Source: an uncultured Bacteroidales bacterium
GTDB taxonomy: Bacteria > Bacteroidota > Bacteroidia > Bacteroidales > FEN-979
Direction of reading: 5' to 3'
Length of the DNA: 64,000 nt
Assembly (NCBI GenBank): GCA_903875045.1
Contig: CAIQUS010000187.1
Coordinates: 36,678 to 100,677, forward strand
The translations under genes and the position numbers were made by a program. The notes beneath the pieces are model-generated. The model saw only the letters and a program-made list of their open reading frames with translations. It was not told the origin of the DNA and searched no databases. Below are positions 37,625 to 44,685 of this stretch, piece by piece (the stretch's first letter is position 1; each line of letters opens with the position of its first letter).

Positions 37625-37975
37625 TTAAGGATGGTAATGGGTTGTTACCCGGATCATGATGGTGTCGGATACCTCTCCGGTGTCGTTAAACACCCGACAG
37701 GTAATTGTGTTCAGTCCCACGCAGCATTCGCCTGCTGCATATTTGATGGTTTTCCCGCTTCCTCTGAAATCGCCATGATTGGCCTCCCAGCCATATTGCA
37801 AATTTGAACCGGTTGCCTCAACAGTGATAATGGTCGTATCCCATGCCTCGATCGGGTTAAGTGTAGCAGTCAGGCTCTGTAACCGGATATCACCAGCCGA
37901 TTTTTCAGTTGTGGCTTTGGAGCACGAAACCAGAATTAGGGTGGACAACACGAGAAGGATAATCATTCTATTCAT
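37625..37975 (-). CDS. Small lipoprotein of unknown function
   Basis: The lipobox is 'LSTLILVSCSK'. 116 aa, rich in beta-strand. Confidence 0.55.
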   Translation of the reverse strand: MNRMIILLVLSTLILVSCSKATTEKSAGDIRLQSLTATLNPIEAWDTTIITVEATGSNLQYGWEANHGDFRGSGKTIKYAAGECCVGLNTITCRVFNDTGEVSDTIMIRVTTHYHP

Positions 37976-38003
37976 ATTTGCGTTTTAAGAAATGGAATGG
38001 CAG

Positions 38004-39020
38004 TTAATAAATCGCATTAAAAAGAAATCCAACGAAAATAATTCCTATAGTTACAACTCCGACAAAAGTCAGGAGTAACCTCATTTTAAGAACCTTTCTG
38101 AGGATGATCATTTCAGGCAAGGATAAGCCGATAACGGCCATCATAAACGCCAGTGCAGTACCCAGGGGAACCCCCTTTTCAATCAGCACACTCACGATCG
38201 GAATGATCCCTGCTGCGTTCGAATACAGGGGAACCCCAATCAGTACAGACAGAGGCACTGAATACCAGGTCGATTTCCCCATGAGATTGGCCATGAAGCT
38301 CTCCGGAACATATCCATGGGCTGCTGCACCAACAGCAATACCAGCAACTATATATAACCAGACTTTGCCAACGATTTCTCTCACTGCATTGTAGCCGGCT
38401 TGTATTCTGTCGTCGAGGTGGATTTTTTCTTCCTCCTCTGATGAATGATCTGCTTTAATTTCATAAACCCAACTCTCAACATGTTTTTCAAGCTTGAGTT
38501 TCCCAATGACCCAACCTGCAGAAATGGCAATAACCAGTCCTGTAGCAACATAGATTGCTGCAACTTTCCAGCCAAACATACCGAACAGAAGGATTACCGC
38601 CACTTCGTTGATCATGGGTGCGGCAATCAGGAATGAAAAGGTCACTCCCAACGGAATGCCTGATTCAACAAAACCAAGAAACAAAGGTATGGCCGAACAT
38701 GAGCAAAATGGTGTTACGATCCCAAGCATGGAGGCCATCACATTCCCCGTGAAAAGTGATTTCCCTTCCAGCGCCTTCCGGGTTCTTTCCGGTGTAAAAA
38801 AACTGCGGATGATCCCCACCACGAAAATGATCAGCACCAGCAAAAGGAGTACCTTGGGCACTTCAAAGATGAAGAACCTCAATGCTTCTGTAAGATGCTG
38901 ACCCTTTGGCAATTGAATAACACCATCAACGATCCAGTCTGCAACAGATTGCAGATTAATATATGTCAGAATCCATAGTCCCAGGAGTATGATTGGCCAG
39001 AGCCATTTGAATGATTTCAT
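38004..39020 (-). CDS. Permease of the UPF0718/DUF318 family (ArsP-like organoarsenical permease candidate)
   Basis: It is a multi-TM protein with the conserved 'TPFCSCSAIPLF' motif. This family commonly co-occurs with arsR and small redox-active disulfide proteins. I trimmed the start to the ATG at 39020 (MKSFKWLWPIILLG). The longer track ORF overlaps the upstream gene. Confidence 0.75.
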   Translation of the reverse strand: MKSFKWLWPIILLGLWILTYINLQSVADWIVDGVIQLPKGQHLTEALRFFIFEVPKVLLLLVLIIFVVGIIRSFFTPERTRKALEGKSLFTGNVMASMLGIVTPFCSCSAIPLFLGFVESGIPLGVTFSFLIAAPMINEVAVILLFGMFGWKVAAIYVATGLVIAISAGWVIGKLKLEKHVESWVYEIKADHSSEEEEKIHLDDRIQAGYNAVREIVGKVWLYIVAGIAVGAAAHGYVPESFMANLMGKSTWYSVPLSVLIGVPLYSNAAGIIPIVSVLIEKGVPLGTALAFMMAVIGLSLPEMIILRKVLKMRLLLTFVGVVTIGIIFVGFLFNAIY

Positions 39021-39081
39021 GTTTATTCTTAGCGTTATAATTCGTTTTTCGTAGAAAGACGAAATTGTCGGGGAAAAAAAA

Positions 39082-39501
39082 TCAAGCCTTTTTATTTCGA
39101 GGCTTGAGCTGACACATACAAGATCCCGACAATTTTTCACTTTTATCAATTACCAGGGGCATTTCATCCCGCTCCCACTCCACCAGTCCGCCGGCAAGAT
39201 TTGCTATTCTGCCTGCAAGACCGTTTAACATGAGCAGTTTTACTGCCTCCTTGCTGTGCAATCCTGCCGCATCGGCAAAAATCATGGGTTTATCCATTGG
39301 CAAATACGCATAATTCTCCTCCAACATGCTGAAAGGGCAATAAATCACCTCAGGAACATCAAACATCTTAAACCTGCTCAGCGCCTCTTCTCTCACATCA
39401 ACAATCACCGCCCCTTTCTTACATAAAGAAAATGCCTTGTGAGGCGTCACATTCATGATCCCCGCACTAAAAAATCCCCCATTGAAAAACCCCTCTTCCA
39501 T
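39082..39501 (-). CDS. Rhodanese-homology domain protein lacking the catalytic Cys, with a C-terminal CxC tail
   Basis: It is rhodanese-like: 'AVIVDVREE...F' and 'GG...W'. The active-site loop position reads 'FADAAGLHS', with no Cys. The tail is 'SGSCMCQLKPRNKKA'. Confidence 0.6.
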   Translation of the reverse strand: MEEGFFNGGFFSAGIMNVTPHKAFSLCKKGAVIVDVREEALSRFKMFDVPEVIYCPFSMLEENYAYLPMDKPMIFADAAGLHSKEAVKLLMLNGLAGRIANLAGGLVEWERDEMPLVIDKSEKLSGSCMCQLKPRNKKA

Positions 39502-39509
39502 TAATCCCT

Positions 39510-39557
39510 CAAATTTTCAAATCCTCAAATCCTCAAATCTCCAAATTTCCAAATCAA
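39510..39557. repeat. Tandem octamer array CAAATCCT, 6 units
   Basis: caaatttt caaatcct caaatcct caaatctc caaatttc caaatcaa lies between the stop at 39562-39564 and the rhodanese start at 39501. Confidence 0.92.
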
Positions 39558-39561
39558 TTTG

Positions 39562-40272
39562 CTATATAAAGAAAATGACAATGTAATATATTCCAACCAC
39601 GATAAATAAAACCGCTACCACCCTTCGGAACCATAATTCAAAGATTTTGATCTGATTATATAATTTACCTACGTTCCCCACAGCATAAGCAAGTAACCAT
39701 GCAAAAATAATGACTGGCAGACCGGTTGCAATGGCAAAAACAACCGGTAAATACAAACCACTAAGACTGGTAATCGTTATTGGGATGAGTATGGCGAAAT
39801 AAAGAACCCCGCTGTAGGGACAAAATGCCATTGCGAAGACCATACCCAAAAACAAAGTGCCCCAATAACTACGTTTGCTGTGTTCTCCAATTTTTTCAGT
39901 CAGTCCAGAAAACCCGGGAAATTTAATCCTGATAAAGTCGAGCATTAAAAGGCCAATTACGATCAGCAATGGTCCAAGGACTTTTTCCCCCCATCCCTGG
40001 AAAAGCATGGTTATATGCATTTTGCTGGCACCAAAAAACAGGATAACCCCCAAACCGGTATATGATATCGCACGTCCCAGAGTATATACCAACCCCTTGA
40101 TAAATACCCGTTTACGATTTTCAATGTCGCGGCTGATAAACCCGATGGCCGAAATGTTGGTTGCCAATGGGCATGGACTGATAGCTGTCATTAGCCCAAG
40201 AATGAACGCCGTGAGCGCGCCATACTGAGAATTGTCAAGAATCGTTTGGAGGTACTGCATATTTATTATCAC
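39562..40272 (-). CDS. DsbD_2/CcdA-like transmembrane thiol-disulfide transfer protein
   Basis: 236 aa, about 6 TM helices. The conserved 'AISPCPLATN' motif is in TM1 and a second Cys-Pro ('AFCPYSG') is in a central TM helix. Confidence 0.7.
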   Translation of the reverse strand: MIINMQYLQTILDNSQYGALTAFILGLMTAISPCPLATNISAIGFISRDIENRKRVFIKGLVYTLGRAISYTGLGVILFFGASKMHITMLFQGWGEKVLGPLLIVIGLLMLDFIRIKFPGFSGLTEKIGEHSKRSYWGTLFLGMVFAMAFCPYSGVLYFAILIPITITSLSGLYLPVVFAIATGLPVIIFAWLLAYAVGNVGKLYNQIKIFELWFRRVVAVLFIVVGIYYIVIFFI

Positions 40273-40273
40273 A

Positions 40274-40705
40274 TTATTTTAAGAACCCGTCGATTGCTTT
40301 TTTTATCTCTGCCTTCAGCTTTGCCGGACTATCGTTGGCATACATAAAGCCTTTATCAGTCAGGTCGACCCGTTTATCCCCTGAGATGACGATGAGTGTC
40401 TGGCCTTCGATTTTATACTTTGCTCCAATTGCTTCCCCAGCTTTTTCATCCAGGTTGATACTTTTAAAAGAAATCTCTCCGCTTTTCACCTGAGCTGCAA
40501 ATTGAGTTTCGACGGCCTCACTGGAAACTTTCTCTACATTGTTGCATGTCGTGCAACGTCTGGTGAAATGGAAATAATAGACTGTAATACTTTTGCCTGT
40601 CCCAATGGAAGGTGGTCCGAATGAAGCCGATGAAGTACTGGCGTAGCTGAATATATTTCCCGTTGCCATGGCAAGAAGAAATAATAACCCGATGATCCTT
40701 TTCAT
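40274..40705 (-). CDS. Exported CxxC protein (thioredoxin-fold-like module)
   Basis: It has a signal peptide and the motif 'VYYFHFTRRCTTCNNVE'. The module resembles the two CxxC-less modules of the 35796-36539 protein. Confidence 0.55.
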   Translation of the reverse strand: MKRIIGLLFLLAMATGNIFSYASTSSASFGPPSIGTGKSITVYYFHFTRRCTTCNNVEKVSSEAVETQFAAQVKSGEISFKSINLDEKAGEAIGAKYKIEGQTLIVISGDKRVDLTDKGFMYANDSPAKLKAEIKKAIDGFLK

Positions 40706-40715
40706 ACCTGGTTTA

Positions 40716-40949
40716 TTATTTGGTTAATAATTGCTTTAATTCTTCGGAGGTGGGAATACGACCTTTCAACACCACCTTCTCATCAACAACCAGGGCAGGT
40801 GTCGACATTACACCATATTTCATGATCTCCATGATGTCATCTACCTTGATTATAGTAGCATTGATCCCATTTTGCTCAACCACGTCATGGGTGAGTTTGA
40901 CCAGCGTATTGCATTTTGCACAACCCGGACCTAAAACCTTAATTTCCAT
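40716..40949 (-). CDS. Small thioredoxin-family protein (redox-active disulfide protein 2 type)
   Basis: 77 aa. 'MEIKVLGPGCAKCNTL' carries the CxxC motif, and '...VMSTPALVVDEKVVLKGRIPT' is also typical. Confidence 0.88.
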   Translation of the reverse strand: MEIKVLGPGCAKCNTLVKLTHDVVEQNGINATIIKVDDIMEIMKYGVMSTPALVVDEKVVLKGRIPTSEELKQLLTK

Positions 40950-40971
40950 TTTTTATAAAATTTTAAAACAA

Positions 40972-41051
40972 CAATCAATCAAATCATCAAATCATCAAAT
41001 CACCACATCATCAAATCATCACATCATCACATCATCACATCATCACATTAC
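40972..41051. repeat. Tandem octamer array CAAATCAT/CACATCAT, 10 units
   Basis: caatcaat caaatcat caaatcat caaatcac cacatcat caaatcat (cacatcat)x3 cacattac lies between the arsR stop (41054-41056) and the trx start (40949). Confidence 0.95.
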
Positions 41052-41053
41052 CC

Positions 41054-41362
41054 TCATTTCCTGAAAAACCCATCCAGCATCCCCCTGGCCTCTTCCCAGT
41101 TCTCCTTGTTAATACAATATTTAATATAAGGCGGATTGATCTCGCCCTGGATTAGTCCTGACTTTTTCAACTCCTTCAGATGTTCAGACAGCGTGGACCG
41201 TGCAATCGGTATATCTTCAGCCATATCGCCGCTGTAACAACACTTATCTATGTTATCAGCCAGAAAGCCAAGAATGAAGACCCGCGCCGGATGAGCCAGT
41301 GCTTTCGCATACCTGGCCATCTTTTTCTGGGATTCTGTATAGTATTTCTTTGCAGGGGTCAT
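41054..41362 (-). CDS. arsR: ArsR/SmtB family metalloregulator (second copy)
   Basis: 102 aa. '[16 protein letters not shown]' and the HTH segment 'IARSTLSEHLKELKKSGLI' are typical. 'KCCYSGD' carries a vicinal Cys pair. Confidence 0.9.
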   Translation of the reverse strand: MTPAKKYYTESQKKMARYAKALAHPARVFILGFLADNIDKCCYSGDMAEDIPIARSTLSEHLKELKKSGLIQGEINPPYIKYCINKENWEEARGMLDGFFRK

Positions 41363-41373
41363 CTCATTTTGTA

Positions 41374-41399
41374 TTTCGTAGAATAACGAAACAAATATA
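41374..41399 (-). promoter_or_regulatory. Candidate island promoter (-7 box TATATTTG) and 6-6-6 inverted-repeat operator
   Basis: The minus strand reads TATATTTG (41392-41399), then TTTCGT-tattct-ACGAAA (41374-41391), ending 11 nt before the arsR ATG at 41362. Confidence 0.45.
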
Positions 41400-41510
41400 T
41401 TGTTTTTTTTAATGCGATGGTATTTTTTTTATTAACCAGAATAATGCCACGGGAAGTCCTCATCCAAATAGCCGATAAAAACCTCCGGATTTTCTCTGTG
41501 ATTAACGATA

Positions 41511-41831
41511 TTAAAGAGAATCAGGCTTATGATGAGTTAGCGTGTACCCCAATGCGACAACGGCCTTAAGCGTTGCAATGGCTGTTTGCCGATCATACGA
41601 TTTTTCTTCCTCCGACAATTCTTCATAAGGAACCAATCCGGGATGTAGTTTTCGAATATCGTCGCGAACAGGGCCATATCTCCAGCCATCCTCCGCACGT
41701 TTTCCGGCCCATACATCGTGAACGCACCTGGCTATTTTTTCAATATGCTCAAGGATGACTTTTGGTAACTGAATCTCTTCTGAGTTCACGGAGGCAGAGA
41801 TGTTGACCGGGTCTGTTGTTTTCATTTTCAT
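41511..41831 (-). CDS. Stand-alone RyR (ryanodine-receptor repeat) domain protein
   Basis: 106 aa. 'IEKIARCVHDVWAGKRAEDGWRYGPVRDDIRKLHPGLVPYEELSEEEKSYDRQTAIATLKAVVALGY' matches the RyR-domain consensus (He.W...GW.YG...HP.LVPY.EL.E.EK..DR). It lies 12 nt downstream of the preceding gene. Confidence 0.85.
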   Translation of the reverse strand: MKMKTTDPVNISASVNSEEIQLPKVILEHIEKIARCVHDVWAGKRAEDGWRYGPVRDDIRKLHPGLVPYEELSEEEKSYDRQTAIATLKAVVALGYTLTHHKPDSL

Positions 41832-41843
41832 AATTTCTCACAG

Positions 41844-44054
41844 TTATGGGTAAATGCTATTCCGGACCTCGCATTCAGATTCGATCACCGGGATGCTGCA
41901 TACCAGCCTTCGGTCGATATCCTTGTAATATTCATTGAGATTTTCATACGCAACAAGACATGGATGGATCATTTGTATTTTGTGGCTTTTCACAAATTTC
42001 TCATGTTCTTTTTTCAGGATACTGTAACTTGAATCTTTCGAGTGTTCGTCCCCTGGATTGTACGCTTTCCATGCAAGATTGGATGTTCTCACAGATTCAG
42101 CAACAATCTGTTCCGTTGGGACATCATAGCCCATCAGAAGAGCAGCAACGTTCCATCGTGCGTGTTCAAGCTCAGCCAATAATGCTATATTTTCATTGGT
42201 AAAGTATTTTTGAAGATTGCCTGCAGTTGCCTTATCTGCTCCAACTGCACGGAGTTTGACCGGAATAGATGCAGCATTGTATCGGTTGGACCATTTATGC
42301 CTTTCCGGCAAATCATCCCAGTATTCTTGCATTTTAGTAAGATCGGACGCATTAAACTTGTCGGGCAATGAATTTTTTGACCAATAAAAATAGTTCACAG
42401 CCATTGCCTTGAATGTGGTATCAAGAGAGAAGTCGAAACTATCGTTCAACATCCCAAATGCTTTGACATGGCGATACTGATTGTCAATTTCTTTATCAGG
42501 CCTCAGGAGTGAAACCACCGAGTGAGATGTTTCCTGCCTGACCAGCACCCTGACTTTTCTTTTATACAAGAGATTTGGCAGAAAAAGTCCTGCTGCCAGG
42601 TTGGCTGACAGATTGTTGAAACACAGGGAAATGGTAGTCAAAGCATCAGGATCACTGGTCCAGTCCAGCAATTTCTCCCTCATGGGAAGACTTTCAAAAT
42701 GGCCTTTGACAAATCGAAGTGAAATGTTTATAAATGGCAGTTTCCCGGTTTTAAAATAATTATCGCCGGTGAAAAGATCTTCATAGCTTACATCCACTGA
42801 TTCATAGAAGGACTGGAACCTTGTTGCGAAATAGTCCCGTTCCCGATCGGCATCGGAATCGATAAATGTAATTTGTGTTTTTCTGTGACTGTAGTTGGCA
42901 AAATGGCCCAGTTTTGCTGCCTCCACCCCGAGGGCAAGTCCCATTTTTGTCATGCCCGCGACTAACAGGTGCACATACTTGTCTGAATCCTGCGTAATAG
43001 GTTCAAAATCAAGCGGTGGGAAAGCTTCCTCAACAGGCCTGCGATCCAGAAAGACCTTTTGTGCCCAGTTTTCATAAAAGCTGAAAGAGTTGATCACGAT
43101 ATTTGCTGTAGTTCCTGAACCGGAAGGTAATGTGCGGACATCGCCGAACTGATAGGCGGCAATGGTTGTTTGTGAATCAAACATAACCTCGCAATTGAGC
43201 TTCTTTCCCGAATTCATGAGTATGTTCTCAGCAAGCCTATCTATTTTAGCGAGACATGCGTTGTTCTTTGAATCGTGCGCTGATTCATTCTCTTCCCCGA
43301 GGATGAATATCCGGCGTGTCAGATGTATGTGCGTTCGGTTTAAGTCATTGGCAGAAGTTCTGTCCCCGAAAAGAATGACGATCCGTTTCATATCCTTCCT
43401 GGTAAATTCAGATGAAAGGATTCTCCTTACCTCCGGAACATTTCTCTCCGTCATCAATACAATACGGTATTTTTCATAATCCCTGCGTCCGATCAACTGC
43501 CTGATCAGGCCATGAACTGCAGGGCTGTATCCAAGAATCAACAGATGGTCTTCATAACGATAGTTCACCATACCCTCCCGAACCAGGGCAACCCGCTGAT
43601 CAAATACATTGGTGATCGTAGATATTAACAGCCCTCCAAAGGCAAATGTTCCTGAAAGAGTCAGCAAGAGTGCGAATAATCGGCTCCAGCCATCTACATC
43701 ACCTGTCGCAGCATCTTTTCCCGCGGCTATACCCACCATGTGCTGGTTGCCCGGATCGATCATTTGAGCTATAACACTCCAGCCAAGGTCAGGTATTTCA
43801 CGGTTGAGTACAATTTCTTTTCCAAAAAAAGAAATAGAAAAAGCGAGGATCAGCCAAATCAGATAGACCGCTGCAAAAACAGTCAGCAGCACAAGCAGTT
43901 GTTTGATAGCCGGGCCCGAAACAGCCTGATCGAACCTGTAAGTAATAAAATCGGCACCCCTGCTAAATACGCTATATTTATTTTTTCTCATCTTATACCT
44001 TATAAAGACCCGGGATTCCCTGAGAATTAACAGTAATCCTTTCATGCAATTCAT
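41844..44054 (-). CDS. Membrane protein: CASTOR/POLLUX-like 2-TM pore region, two Rossmann/RCK-like segments and a C-terminal RyR-like domain
   Basis: The first TM helix is LLVLLTVFAAVYLIWLILAF. The pore-like loop 'WSVIAQMIDPGNQHM' can be compared with the ADSGNHA filter of CASTOR/POLLUX. The second TM helix is LFALLLTLSGTFAFGGLLI. It has 'HLLILGYSPAVHGLIRQL' and 'HLLVAGMTKMGLALGVEAAKL' segments. The C-terminus 'LAELEHARWNVAALLMGY...IHPCLVAYENLNEYYKDIDR' is an RyR-like domain with an insertion. The more likely start is the ATG at 43991 (MRKNKYSVF). Confidence 0.7.
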   Translation of the reverse strand: MNCMKGLLLILRESRVFIRYKMRKNKYSVFSRGADFITYRFDQAVSGPAIKQLLVLLTVFAAVYLIWLILAFSISFFGKEIVLNREIPDLGWSVIAQMIDPGNQHMVGIAAGKDAATGDVDGWSRLFALLLTLSGTFAFGGLLISTITNVFDQRVALVREGMVNYRYEDHLLILGYSPAVHGLIRQLIGRRDYEKYRIVLMTERNVPEVRRILSSEFTRKDMKRIVILFGDRTSANDLNRTHIHLTRRIFILGEENESAHDSKNNACLAKIDRLAENILMNSGKKLNCEVMFDSQTTIAAYQFGDVRTLPSGSGTTANIVINSFSFYENWAQKVFLDRRPVEEAFPPLDFEPITQDSDKYVHLLVAGMTKMGLALGVEAAKLGHFANYSHRKTQITFIDSDADRERDYFATRFQSFYESVDVSYEDLFTGDNYFKTGKLPFINISLRFVKGHFESLPMREKLLDWTSDPDALTTISLCFNNLSANLAAGLFLPNLLYKRKVRVLVRQETSHSVVSLLRPDKEIDNQYRHVKAFGMLNDSFDFSLDTTFKAMAVNYFYWSKNSLPDKFNASDLTKMQEYWDDLPERHKWSNRYNAASIPVKLRAVGADKATAGNLQKYFTNENIALLAELEHARWNVAALLMGYDVPTEQIVAESVRTSNLAWKAYNPGDEHSKDSSYSILKKEHEKFVKSHKIQMIHPCLVAYENLNEYYKDIDRRLVCSIPVIESECEVRNSIYP

Positions 44055-44385
44055 TTACAATGCCCCATATCCGGGGAGCCGGGACTGTCCGGAAAAAGAG
44101 CATCGAATGATGGCAGGTGCCTCTCATCCTCCCGACGCATGAACAAAAATAGGAAATAATCTTAACTATTTTATCCCATGAACAAAAACGGGCTATTACA
44201 ATATTTTGACTGATCCTTTTTATCCCTTGACATTCATCATAATATTAACAATTTCATCTGTAAGCTTTTCAGGTCACCAGGATTCAATTTCACACAGGTT
44301 GCATTGTTAGAAAAGAAGGCGTTTTGGCAGCTCGCATACGAGTTGAAAAAATCAAAGACAAACAGTATTTCAAAACTTTTTCTTC

Positions 44386-44685
44386 ATGATCAAACAAATT
44401 ATCCGTATCTTGTCGAATGCCATAGATTTTATGGTCGAAAAAACTGATCGAATTATGAAAAAGGACACCTTGGAGTACAGGATGATGCAGGAGCGGCAAC
44501 GGTTAAAAGTTTCCGATTCAAAAATATTGATGGGGTCAACGAAAGACAAGTATCCGGTTGTCCTTGATGGCGGCAGAACCATCATATTTATTGACGATAA
44601 AAGTAAGGAGTCGGAAACAAGAAAAAGGTATGATGCACGGCTGGGCAACGGGCTTATTACCTCATTAAACAAACCCAAAACATAA
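44386..44685 (+). CDS. Hypothetical basic 99-aa protein
   Basis: This is ORF evidence only. It sits isolated in a gene-poor stretch and I recognise no motif. Confidence 0.35.
   Translation: MIKQIIRILSNAIDFMVEKTDRIMKKDTLEYRMMQERQRLKVSDSKILMGSTKDKYPVVLDGGRTIIFIDDKSKESETRKRYDARLGNGLITSLNKPKT

Noticed and set aside
38004-39149. The full-length track ORF for the permease starts at 39149.
   Set aside because: The first 43 codons overlap the 3' end of the rhodanese gene and have no membrane or signal character. The ATG at 39020 gives a typical hydrophobic N-terminus.
5329-41051. I asked whether the short tandem arrays could be CRISPR arrays.
   Set aside because: The units are 7-8 nt and directly abut one another with no unique spacers. 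Each array is at most 80 nt long, and there are no cas genes nearby. They are micro- or minisatellite-like arrays, not CRISPR.
40720-41064. This is the plus-strand ORF of 114 aa ending in ...SSNHQITTSSNHHIITSSHHHITLIS. The similar repeat-derived ORF at 33660-34025 (..[18 protein letters not shown]..) belongs here too.
   Set aside because: Both lie antisense to well-supported genes, and their distinctive segments are simply translated tandem arrays.
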